A stretch of DNA of 43,581 nt from contig JADGOM010000067.1 in NCBI GenBank assembly GCA_017882925.1, forward strand, positions 1 to 43,581, given 5' to 3'. This document shows positions 34,991 through 42,667 of the stretch, piece by piece. The notes beneath the pieces were generated by a model. It did no database searches, had not been told where the DNA came from, and saw nothing but the letters and a program-made list of their open reading frames with translations. Both the position numbers and the translations under genes were made by a program. The stretch's first letter is position 1. Every line of letters starts with the position of its first letter. Origin of the DNA: Acidimicrobiia bacterium. Its GTDB lineage: Bacteria > Actinomycetota > Acidimicrobiia > IMCC26256 > Chersky-534.

Positions 34991-36729
34991 TCCAGCCGTC
35001 CTTTCGACGCCAACACGGTCTCGGTGTCGCGGCCCGAGCGCACGACCCGCCCGCTCAGCTCGCCGGTGGGCGCGCCGTCCTCCACGACGACGCCGCCGGC
35101 CACGACCACGTGGTGCATCCCGATCGGGCTCGTGGTGAGCCGCACCGCGCCCCCGGGGAGGTCGGCCTCGGTGTGGAGCGACCCCGCGCCCACGGTCTCG
35201 GGATCGAAGACGATGAGGTCGGCCCAACCGCCGACCTCGACCCGCCCGCGCCCCTTGAGGCCGTAGAGGCGGGCCGGGCGGTCGGTGAAGTGGTGGACGA
35301 GCTCCTCGAGCCCGAACACCGCGCGCTCGCGCACGAGCTCGGCGATGCAGCGGGTCGGGAAGTCGGCGTTGGCCATCATGTCGAGGTGGGCCCCGGCGTC
35401 CGACGCCTGGAGCAGCACGCGAGGGTCCTTGAGGACCGAGAGCCGCGCCTGCCACGCCCAGTCGTCGTCCGGCTGGTAGCTCGTGCGGGTGAAGCCGACG
35501 TCGAGCCGGGCCTTCACCGCCACCGCGAGCATCGCGTCGAACGGGCTGATCCCCCACTCGGTCGCGAGGTCGGCGATCCGACGGCCGACGAGGTCGCGCA
35601 GCCCCGGATCGTTGACCTCGTTGACCCAGTAGTTGGCCCAGTTGCGGACGACGACCGCGAGCCCGGCCGTCGGCTCGCTGACGCTGCGCTCGAGCTGGGC
35701 GCGCACCTCGGGATCCTCGAGCGCGCGGATGCGGGCGTCGACGTCGAGGTCGAACAGCCACGCCCACCCGGGGATCGCGCGGAACACGTAGCCGCGCAGG
35801 AAGTCGTGCTGCAGCTGCGTGTTCTGGGGCGAGAACATCGGCACCAGCCAGCCACCCCGCTCGCGGGCGCGGTCGGTGGCGGCGAGCTGCCGTTCGTGGA
35901 GGTCGGGCGACGCCCGGTTGATGAGCGGCGTGTTCCAGTTGAGCGGGCGGTCGGCCGCGGCCGACATGTCGGCGAGCAGCTCGACGTCGTCGTCGCTGAA
36001 GCCGCGGATGAACGAGTCGGGGATGAACTCGATCGACGTGCCCGGGTGCCGTCCGCACACTGCGGCCAGCGCGAGGAACTCGGCCCGGGTCGCGAGGTTG
36101 GGCGGCGTGGGTCGGCCGTCGCCGTCGACCTGGGTGGCCGCGTTGGCGGTGGAGAAGCCGAGCCCGCCTGCGGCGATCGCCTCCGACAGGAGCGCGCACA
36201 TCCGCTCGAGCTGCTCGTCGGACGCCTCGGCGCTCGAGGCCTCCTCCCCCATCACCGCGCGCCGGATGGCCGAGTGCCCGACCATGAACCCGATGTTGAC
36301 GCCGAGCGGGGTCGACTCCACGACGTCGAGGAACTCCGGGTACGTCTCCCACCGGTACTCGAGCCCGGCCTCGAGCGCGGCCTCGGGGATCGACTCGACG
36401 TTGGCGAGCAGCCGCGTGAGGAACTCGCGGTCGCCGGGCGCGGCGGGCGCGAGCGTGAGGCCGCAGTTGCCGGCGACGACCGTGGTGACGCCGTGCAACG
36501 ACGACGGCGTGACCATCGGGTCCCAGAACAGCTGGGCGTCGTAGTGGGTGTGGAGGTCGACGAAGCCGGGCGCGACGACGAGACCGTGGGCGTCGACCGT
36601 GCGCGCCGCGTCGTCCTCGACGGTTCCCACCGCCACGACCCGGCCGTCGTGCACCCCGATGTCGGCCGGCCACCGCGCCGCGCCGGTGCCGTCGACGAGC
36701 TCGGCGCCGCGCACGACGAGATCGAGCAT
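34987..36729 (-). CDS. N-acyl-D-amino-acid deacylase (D-aminoacylase)-family amidohydrolase, copy 2
   Basis: Begins MLDLVVRGAELVDGTG, with GFVDLHTHYD and GNCG. It is 580 aa and clearly paralogous to 23526..25235. Its ATG shares one nt with the upstream TGA (TGATG). Confidence 0.85.
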   Translation of the reverse strand: MLDLVVRGAELVDGTGAARWPADIGVHDGRVVAVGTVEDDAARTVDAHGLVVAPGFVDLHTHYDAQLFWDPMVTPSSLHGVTTVVAGNCGLTLAPAAPGDREFLTRLLANVESIPEAALEAGLEYRWETYPEFLDVVESTPLGVNIGFMVGHSAIRRAVMGEEASSAEASDEQLERMCALLSEAIAAGGLGFSTANAATQVDGDGRPTPPNLATRAEFLALAAVCGRHPGTSIEFIPDSFIRGFSDDDVELLADMSAAADRPLNWNTPLINRASPDLHERQLAATDRARERGGWLVPMFSPQNTQLQHDFLRGYVFRAIPGWAWLFDLDVDARIRALEDPEVRAQLERSVSEPTAGLAVVVRNWANYWVNEVNDPGLRDLVGRRIADLATEWGISPFDAMLAVAVKARLDVGFTRTSYQPDDDWAWQARLSVLKDPRVLLQASDAGAHLDMMANADFPTRCIAELVRERAVFGLEELVHHFTDRPARLYGLKGRGRVEVGGWADLIVFDPETVGAGSLHTEADLPGGAVRLTTSPIGMHHVVVAGGVVVEDGAPTGELSGRVVRSGRDTETVLASKGRLD

Positions 36730-37136
36730 CAGGCGTCGACCGGCTGACCCATCGCGGCCTTGCCCCCGATGGGCGCGACCCCGCCCGGCTGCTGGAGGTA
36801 GAGGCGCATGCGCCGGATGTGGCGGTGGTCGTCGGTGAGGTCGAACAGGATCAGCTCGGGGACGTCCTTGAACTTCCCGTCCATCTGGTAGTGCTCGATC
36901 ACCTGCGCGAACGCGACGGGCTCGGCGTCGTTGTAGACGACCCGGTCGATCTTGAGCTCGTAGCCCTCGTGCATGGTCGGCACGACCCGCTCGAGGAAGG
37001 CGACGTACTCGTCGCGGTCGGAGATCACGTCGCAGTACGGGCCTATCCGCTCGAAGTCGCCCGCGGCGAACACCTCGGTGAGCGCGGCCCAGTCGTGCGC
37101 CGTGTACAGCCGTACGTAGTCTTCGACGACTCCCAA
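36729..37136 (-). CDS. SnoaL-like / NTF2-fold small protein
   Basis: 135 aa. The TTG start is preceded by AAAGGAG with a 5-nt spacer. The composition and length fit an NTF2-like cone. No catalytic assignment is possible. Confidence 0.65.
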   Translation of the reverse strand: MGVVEDYVRLYTAHDWAALTEVFAAGDFERIGPYCDVISDRDEYVAFLERVVPTMHEGYELKIDRVVYNDAEPVAFAQVIEHYQMDGKFKDVPELILFDLTDDHRHIRRMRLYLQQPGGVAPIGGKAAMGQPVDA

Positions 37137-37151
37137 CGGGGACTCCTTTGA

Positions 37152-38744
37152 TCAGGCCGGCTGCTCGACCGTGGCCGCGTACTGCTCGCGCAGCCGCGGC
37201 TTCACGACCTTGCCGGTGGCGTTGCGGGGCAGGGCGTCGACGACGAACACCGCGGTCGGCTTCTTGTAGGACGCGAGCCGGGTGCGGGTCCACTCGATGA
37301 TGTCGTCGAACGACGGCGGCGCGTCGGGGTCGACCGGCACGATGTAGGCAACCGGGGTCTCGCCCCACTTCGGGTGCGGGACGCCGATGACGACGGCCTC
37401 GGCCACGCCGGGGTGGGAGCTGATCACACCCTCCACCTCGGGGCTGTAGATGTTCTCGCCCCCCGAGATGATCATGTCGTGCTTGCGGTCCATCACGTAG
37501 ATGCAGCCGTCCTCGTCGACCCGGCACAGGTCGCCGGAGTGGAACCATCCGCCGCGGAACGCAGCTTCGTTGGCCTCCGGGTTGTTCCAGTAGCCCTGCA
37601 TGACGGTGGGGCCGCGGTAGACCATCTCGCCGATCTCGCCCACGGGGACCTCGTTCATGTCGTCGTCGACGATGCGGGCTTCGACGTTCATGACCGGGCG
37701 CCCGACCGAGCCCCGCTTGGTCTCGAACTCCGACGCGTCGAGCATGCACGTGACCGGGCTCATCTCGGTCTGGCCGAAGAAGCTCGCGATCGGGATGCCC
37801 GGCAACGTCGCGCTCATCTTGTGCAGCACGTGGTCGGGCACGCCGGCCGCGCCCCACGAGACGCGTCGCAGCGCGAGCTTCGGCTTCGTGCGGTTGATCT
37901 CGTCGCAGATCTCGTCCCACTGCATGCCGATGAACGAGCAGCCGGTGACGCCGTGACGCTCGAGGTCGGCCACGGTCTCCTTCGCCGAGAAGTTGCCCGA
38001 GCCCACCAGCACCGCGTGCCCGCCCGTCATGAGGTACGGCATGATGCTGACGAGCCCGCCGATGTGGAACAGCGGCATGCTCACGTACCAGACGTCGCTG
38101 CGGCCGTTGATCCCCTGCTTCACCATCGCACCCATGGTCTGGGTGACGAGGCCGAAGTGCGTGAGCACCGCACCCTTGGGCGGGCCGGTCGTGCCCGAGG
38201 TGTAGGCGATCACGGCCGGGCTCGTCTCGGGCACGTCGATGTCGACCGGCTCGTCGCTCGCGGTGGCGATCGCGGTCTCGAAGTCGAGCACCCCGGCCAC
38301 CGTAGCGCCCTCGACCGGGTCGCCCAGGGTGATCGTCACCTTCATCGGCGGCAGGTCGTGGCGGCCCTCCTCCGTGACCGGGAACAGCGCGGAGTCGGCG
38401 ATGAGCGCGACGGGCTCGGAATCGCGCATCTGGTACGCGATCTCGTGGGCCACCAGGCGGAAGTTGAGCGGCACGAGGATCGCGCCGACCCGGAACGCCG
38501 CCCAGCAGGCCTCCACCATCTCGAAGCTGTTGGTCATCAGGACCGCGACCCGCTCGCCGGGCCGGACCCCCGCGTCGACCAGGATGCGGGCCAGCCGCTC
38601 CACCCGGGCATCGAGCTCGCCGAAGGTCCGGACCTTGTCGCCGGCGATGAACGCGGGACGGTTCGGGTCCTTCCGGGCGCTCCGGGCCAGCTGCGCACCC
38701 AGGGAGACCCTGCGGTACCGGTTGATCTCGCTCTGGCCGTCCAC
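37152..38744 (-). CDS. AMP-dependent synthetase/ligase (acyl-CoA synthetase family)
   Basis: The AMP-binding motif is YTSGTTGPPKGAV. GEMVYRGPTVMQGYW, GDL..VDEDG, ISGGENIYSPEVE and a C-terminal GKVVKPRL are also present. GTG start at 38744 with a GGGGGG RBS. 530 aa. Confidence 0.85.
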   Translation of the reverse strand: MDGQSEINRYRRVSLGAQLARSARKDPNRPAFIAGDKVRTFGELDARVERLARILVDAGVRPGERVAVLMTNSFEMVEACWAAFRVGAILVPLNFRLVAHEIAYQMRDSEPVALIADSALFPVTEEGRHDLPPMKVTITLGDPVEGATVAGVLDFETAIATASDEPVDIDVPETSPAVIAYTSGTTGPPKGAVLTHFGLVTQTMGAMVKQGINGRSDVWYVSMPLFHIGGLVSIMPYLMTGGHAVLVGSGNFSAKETVADLERHGVTGCSFIGMQWDEICDEINRTKPKLALRRVSWGAAGVPDHVLHKMSATLPGIPIASFFGQTEMSPVTCMLDASEFETKRGSVGRPVMNVEARIVDDDMNEVPVGEIGEMVYRGPTVMQGYWNNPEANEAAFRGGWFHSGDLCRVDEDGCIYVMDRKHDMIISGGENIYSPEVEGVISSHPGVAEAVVIGVPHPKWGETPVAYIVPVDPDAPPSFDDIIEWTRTRLASYKKPTAVFVVDALPRNATGKVVKPRLREQYAATVEQPA

Positions 38745-38775
38745 GCTCGCCCCCCGGCAGTCGATCAGTGGGTCT

Positions 38776-38804
38776 TTCCTATCATTTACCGGATGGGTCC
38801 CCAA
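38776..38804 (-). promoter_or_regulatory. weak candidate promoter in AT-enriched island (TTGGGG-N17-TAGGAA)
   Basis: The 95-bp gap 38745-38839 contains the locally AT-rich string GGTAAATGATAGGAAAGA (minus strand). This stands out in very GC-rich DNA. The hexamers are poor matches (the -10 lacks a terminal T), so this is only a flag. Confidence 0.2.
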
Positions 38805-38839
38805 CGCCACACGCGGTGCCGCAGCAAGGCGCACGGGGG

Positions 38840-39409
38840 TCACGGGGTGGGGTCGCGCCACATGCCCATGAGGAGGGGGCCGTCGGTGCCGGTGGAGATC
38901 GGGCCGACGTCGGCGAAGCCGTGGCGACCGAAGAACGCGGCGTTCTCCGGGTCGGAGTTCTCGAGGTAGGCCGGAGTCCCGGTTGCGTCGCACCGTGTGA
39001 GGACCGGTGCGAGCAGCTCCGAGCCGAGCCCCCAGCGTCGCGACGCCGGGCTCACCCCCACCGCCGCCAGATAGAAGTGCGGGGTCTCGGGTCGGGCCGC
39101 CGCCATCGCGCCGAGTGTCGTGGCCCGTCGGTCGGCGTTCCAGCCGTCGGTCCTGCGAACGGGCCTCACCGGTGCCGAACGGTCGATCGGACGCGACCAG
39201 GCCGCAACGCCCCACCCGTCGCGGGTGACGAGCGCGAGGCGGGCCTGCAGCGCGTTCGTGAGCAGGCCGGCGAAGAGCGCGAGGCAGTGGGCGCGCCGAG
39301 AGGCCTCACCGGGGAAGAACCAGGCGATCAACGGATTCTCCGCGTAGGCGTCGGCAAGGACGGCCGCGGCCGCCGGGACGTCGCTCGCGATCGCGCGGCG
39401 GACGGTCAA
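38840..39409 (-). CDS. GNAT-family N-acetyltransferase
   Basis: Begins (TTG)TVRRAIASDVPAAAAVLADAY, with the acetyl-CoA-binding-type segment VGVSPASRRWGLGSELL and YLENSDPENAAFFGRHGF. The only start that retains the conserved N-terminus is the TTG at 39409, which overlaps the P450 stop (TTGA). Confidence 0.7.
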   Translation of the reverse strand: MTVRRAIASDVPAAAAVLADAYAENPLIAWFFPGEASRRAHCLALFAGLLTNALQARLALVTRDGWGVAAWSRPIDRSAPVRPVRRTDGWNADRRATTLGAMAAARPETPHFYLAAVGVSPASRRWGLGSELLAPVLTRCDATGTPAYLENSDPENAAFFGRHGFADVGPISTGTDGPLLMGMWRDPTP

Positions 39410-40605
39410 CCGACGCTGACGGGGACGGCCGACGGGCCGCGGAGGACGACATTGGTGCCGTAGCCGATGTCGTCGGCGACGTCCCACTCCGGGAGCCGGT
39501 CGAGGAGGTGGTCGAGCCACACCTGGGTCTCGAGCCGGGCGAGGTGGATCCCGATGCAGAGGTGCAGGCCGAACCCGAAGCCGAAGTGCTGCTTCGGCGG
39601 GCGACGCGCGTCGAAGACGTTCGGGTCGTCCCACCGGTCCGGGTCGCGGTCGGCCGCGCCCAAGAGGCACGCGACGGCATCGCCCTCGGGGATCGGCACG
39701 CCGGCGACCGTCGCGTCGGGCGTGCGCACCGTCCGTCGACCGAGCTGGGCGACGGTCTCGTACCGCAGCACCTCTTCCAGCGCGCGCGGGATCAGCGACC
39801 GGTCGGCCACGAGCGCGGCGCGCTGGTCGGGATGGCGGGCCAGCGTCACCAACGTGTGCGCCATCCACTTGGCCGTGGTCTCGTTGCCCGCGAACACGAG
39901 CTGCGTGTTGTTGGCCACGATCTCGTTCTCGGCCATCGTCTCGGCGACCGGCGACTGCACCATCGTGCTGATGAGGTCTTCGCCCGGGCACTTCCGCCGC
40001 CGCTCGACCTCGCTCGCGATGCAGCCGTTGAGGTTCCGGGTCGCCTCGACGCCCGCGGCGAGGGCCGACTGCCCGGCCTCCGACTGGTCGAACATCGCGG
40101 TGGCGACCGCGCCCATGTGGTCGCTCCAGAGGCTGAACTCGCCCTGGCGGTCCTCGTCGATGCCGAGCAGGTTGGAGATGACGTCGGTGGGGATCTCGCG
40201 GGTGAGACCGGTGACCGCGTCGACGGTCTCGCCGTCGAGCACGCGGGGCACGAAGGCGTCGAGCGCGCGGTCGACGACGGTCTCGATCATCGGGCGGTGC
40301 CGTTCGAGCTGGGCCCGCTGGAAGTCGTGGGCCCAGATGCCGCGGATCTCGTCGTGCCGCGGCCCGTCCATCAGCTCGAACACCGGACCGCCGAACACGC
40401 CGGGGCCGGTGCCCTCGGGCACCTCCGACGTGAACGTGGCGTGGTTCGCGTGCACGCGCGCGCAGTCCTCGAACCCGGTGACGAGCCAGTCGCCACTGCG
40501 GGCGTCGCGCACCACCGGACCGAGCGCCCGGATGCGCTCGAAGGTGGGGTACGGGTCCTGGGCCAGGTCGGCGTCGCCGTAGTCGAGGAAGATCGCGTCG
40601 GTCAT
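39406..40605 (-). CDS. cytochrome P450
   Basis: 399 aa. It has the I-helix AGNETT, the K-helix EEVLRY (ExxR) and the haem-thiolate loop FGFGLHLCIG. The ATG overlaps the upstream stop (ATGA, 40602-40605). Confidence 0.9.
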   Translation of the reverse strand: MTDAIFLDYGDADLAQDPYPTFERIRALGPVVRDARSGDWLVTGFEDCARVHANHATFTSEVPEGTGPGVFGGPVFELMDGPRHDEIRGIWAHDFQRAQLERHRPMIETVVDRALDAFVPRVLDGETVDAVTGLTREIPTDVISNLLGIDEDRQGEFSLWSDHMGAVATAMFDQSEAGQSALAAGVEATRNLNGCIASEVERRRKCPGEDLISTMVQSPVAETMAENEIVANNTQLVFAGNETTAKWMAHTLVTLARHPDQRAALVADRSLIPRALEEVLRYETVAQLGRRTVRTPDATVAGVPIPEGDAVACLLGAADRDPDRWDDPNVFDARRPPKQHFGFGFGLHLCIGIHLARLETQVWLDHLLDRLPEWDVADDIGYGTNVVLRGPSAVPVSVG

Positions 40606-41363
40606 CGCTCGGATGCTCCCGCACGTGCGGTCGCGAGGTCGGAGCCGGCGCCGGCGCGCAGCAGCCCGATCTCCGACGTCAGCGTCACCAGCCGGAAGCC
40701 GAGGCCGACGAGCTCGGCGCCGAACGCGGCGTTGCCCGAGTGCATCCCGGGGATGATGCCCGCCCGCTCGCACGCGGCGGGCACCTTGGAGAACGCGGCC
40801 ACGACGTCGGCCGGCCGGGGCTGCTGCATCCAGCTCGTGCCCATGGAGATCGACAGGTCGCCCGGGCCCACGTAGACGCCGGCCAGGCCCTCGGTCGCGC
40901 AGATCGCGTCGAGGTTGGCGATGGCCTCGGCCGACTCCACCATCACGAAGCAGTTGACGCGCTCCTCGAGCACCGCGGCCTCGAGCCCGAGGCTGGCCCG
41001 GTGCGGGCCGAAGCTGCGGACGCCGTGCGGCGCGTACCGGCACGCGGCGACCGCGGCCGCGGCCTCCTCGGGCGTGTCGACCATGGGCACGATCACCCCG
41101 TCGGCTCCGGCGTCGAGGACGCGGCCGATGGTCGCAGGCTCGTTGCGCGAGACCCGCACGATCGTCGCGACCGGCGTCTCGATCAACGGCTTCAGCAGCC
41201 GGCCGGCGTCGCTCTCGCTCAGCAGCGTGTGCTGGCAGTCGATGCCGATGTAGTCGTAGCCGGCCTGGCTCAGCACCTCGACGACCTCGCTCGAGTCGGT
41301 GGTGACCCAGGCGCCGAGGGCGACGCCGCCGTCGGCCCAGACCTTCGTCAGCTTGTTGGTCAT
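40602..41363 (-). CDS. HpcH/HpaI-family (class II, divalent-metal) aldolase
   Basis: 253 aa starting MTNKLTKVWADGGVALGAW. DYIGIDCQHT, VRVS, GADGVIVPMV, MVESAEAI and VGPGDLS are the HpcH/HpaI TIM-barrel pattern. The ATG overlaps the upstream stop (ATGA, 41360-41363). Confidence 0.85.
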   Translation of the reverse strand: MTNKLTKVWADGGVALGAWVTTDSSEVVEVLSQAGYDYIGIDCQHTLLSESDAGRLLKPLIETPVATIVRVSRNEPATIGRVLDAGADGVIVPMVDTPEEAAAAVAACRYAPHGVRSFGPHRASLGLEAAVLEERVNCFVMVESAEAIANLDAICATEGLAGVYVGPGDLSISMGTSWMQQPRPADVVAAFSKVPAACERAGIIPGMHSGNAAFGAELVGLGFRLVTLTSEIGLLRAGAGSDLATARAGASER

Positions 41364-42550
41364 GGCGCGATCTCCTCGTTCGGAAGCAGCCAGGAACGGT
41401 CGAGGTCGGTGACCTTCCGGATGCCCATCAGCGTGAGCGCGCGGGCGATCTCGGTGCGGAGGATGCGCAGCACGTCGGAGACGCCGTCCTCCCCGTCGAC
41501 CGCGAGGCCGTAGAGGAACGGGCGGCCGATGCACACCGCGTCGGCGCCGAGGCACAACGCCTTGATCACATCGGTGCCGCGCCGGATCCCGCCGTCGAGC
41601 AGCACCTGACCGCGGCCGTCCACCGCGGCGGCGATGCCCGGGAGCGCCTCGATGCTGGCCGGCACGCTGTCGAGCTGGCGACCTCCGTGGTTCGACACGA
41701 CGACACCGTCGGCCCCGACGTCGATCGCGTGCACCGCGTCGTCGGGATCGAGGATCCCCTTCACGTACATCGCGCCCTTCCACTGGTCGCGCAGCCACTC
41801 GAGGTCGGACCACCCGAGGTCGGGTCGGAGCAGGCCCGACTGCTTGCGGACCGTGGCGACGGCCTGCGACCAGCCCTTGTCCTCGGCCATGTTCGCGAGG
41901 GACACCCGCTGGTACTTCAGGAACCCGTACCACCACTTCGGATGGACGGCCGCGTCGAGGACCCGCAGCGGCGTGAGGACCGGAGGTGTGGTCACGCCCT
42001 GGCGCTGCTCGCGCTCGCGGTTACCGTGGGTCGGGACGTCGACGGTGACGAAGAGGTTCTGCATCCCCGCGTTGCGGGCGCGGGTGAGCAGCGACCCCAT
42101 CAGCTCCTTGTCCCGCCAGGGATAGAGCTGGAACCAGTGATCCTCGGCGGTACCCGCGCCGATCTCCTCGAGCGAATACGTCGACGCCGAGCTGAGCACG
42201 AGGCGCGTGCCCGCCTGCTCCGCCGCGCGCGCCGAGCCGAGCTCGCCCTGCCAGTGCGTGAGGCCGGTCATGCCCGTCGGCGCGAGCAGGATCGGCAGGT
42301 CGAGCGGCACGCCCCCGATCTCGACGCCGAGGTCCTCACCCGCCGGCAGCCCGGTGAGGACACGCTGGCGCAGCTTCCACCGGCCGAAGGCGGCGCGGTT
42401 CTCCGCGAGGGTCGCCATGTCGTCGGCCCCGCCGTCGACGTAGGCCCACACCATGTTGGGGACCGATCGTCGGGCGAGGCGCCGGTAGTCGTCGACGCTC
42501 AACGGGCGCTTGTTGCCGCCGGTGAGCTGGAACCGCATCGTCTTCGCCAT
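41360..42550 (-). CDS. FMN-dependent alpha-hydroxy-acid oxidase/dehydrogenase (LldD/glycolate-oxidase/mandelate-dehydrogenase family)
   Basis: 396 aa. The family signature is SNHGGRQLD. DGGIRRGTDVIKALCLGA and WFQLY are also present. A GAGGGGG RBS lies 9 nt upstream of the ATG at 42550. Confidence 0.85.
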   Translation of the reverse strand: MAKTMRFQLTGGNKRPLSVDDYRRLARRSVPNMVWAYVDGGADDMATLAENRAAFGRWKLRQRVLTGLPAGEDLGVEIGGVPLDLPILLAPTGMTGLTHWQGELGSARAAEQAGTRLVLSSASTYSLEEIGAGTAEDHWFQLYPWRDKELMGSLLTRARNAGMQNLFVTVDVPTHGNREREQRQGVTTPPVLTPLRVLDAAVHPKWWYGFLKYQRVSLANMAEDKGWSQAVATVRKQSGLLRPDLGWSDLEWLRDQWKGAMYVKGILDPDDAVHAIDVGADGVVVSNHGGRQLDSVPASIEALPGIAAAVDGRGQVLLDGGIRRGTDVIKALCLGADAVCIGRPFLYGLAVDGEDGVSDVLRILRTEIARALTLMGIRKVTDLDRSWLLPNEEIAP

Positions 42551-42667
42551 GGAACGCACCCCCTCGCCCGATGCTCGCACGATCTGCCGCCTCCCGCGCC
42601 CACCGTTACTAGTCTCGGGCCGCGCCGGTGGGTCGAACCGGGGGGACGCGACGCAGAGGAGTCCGCG

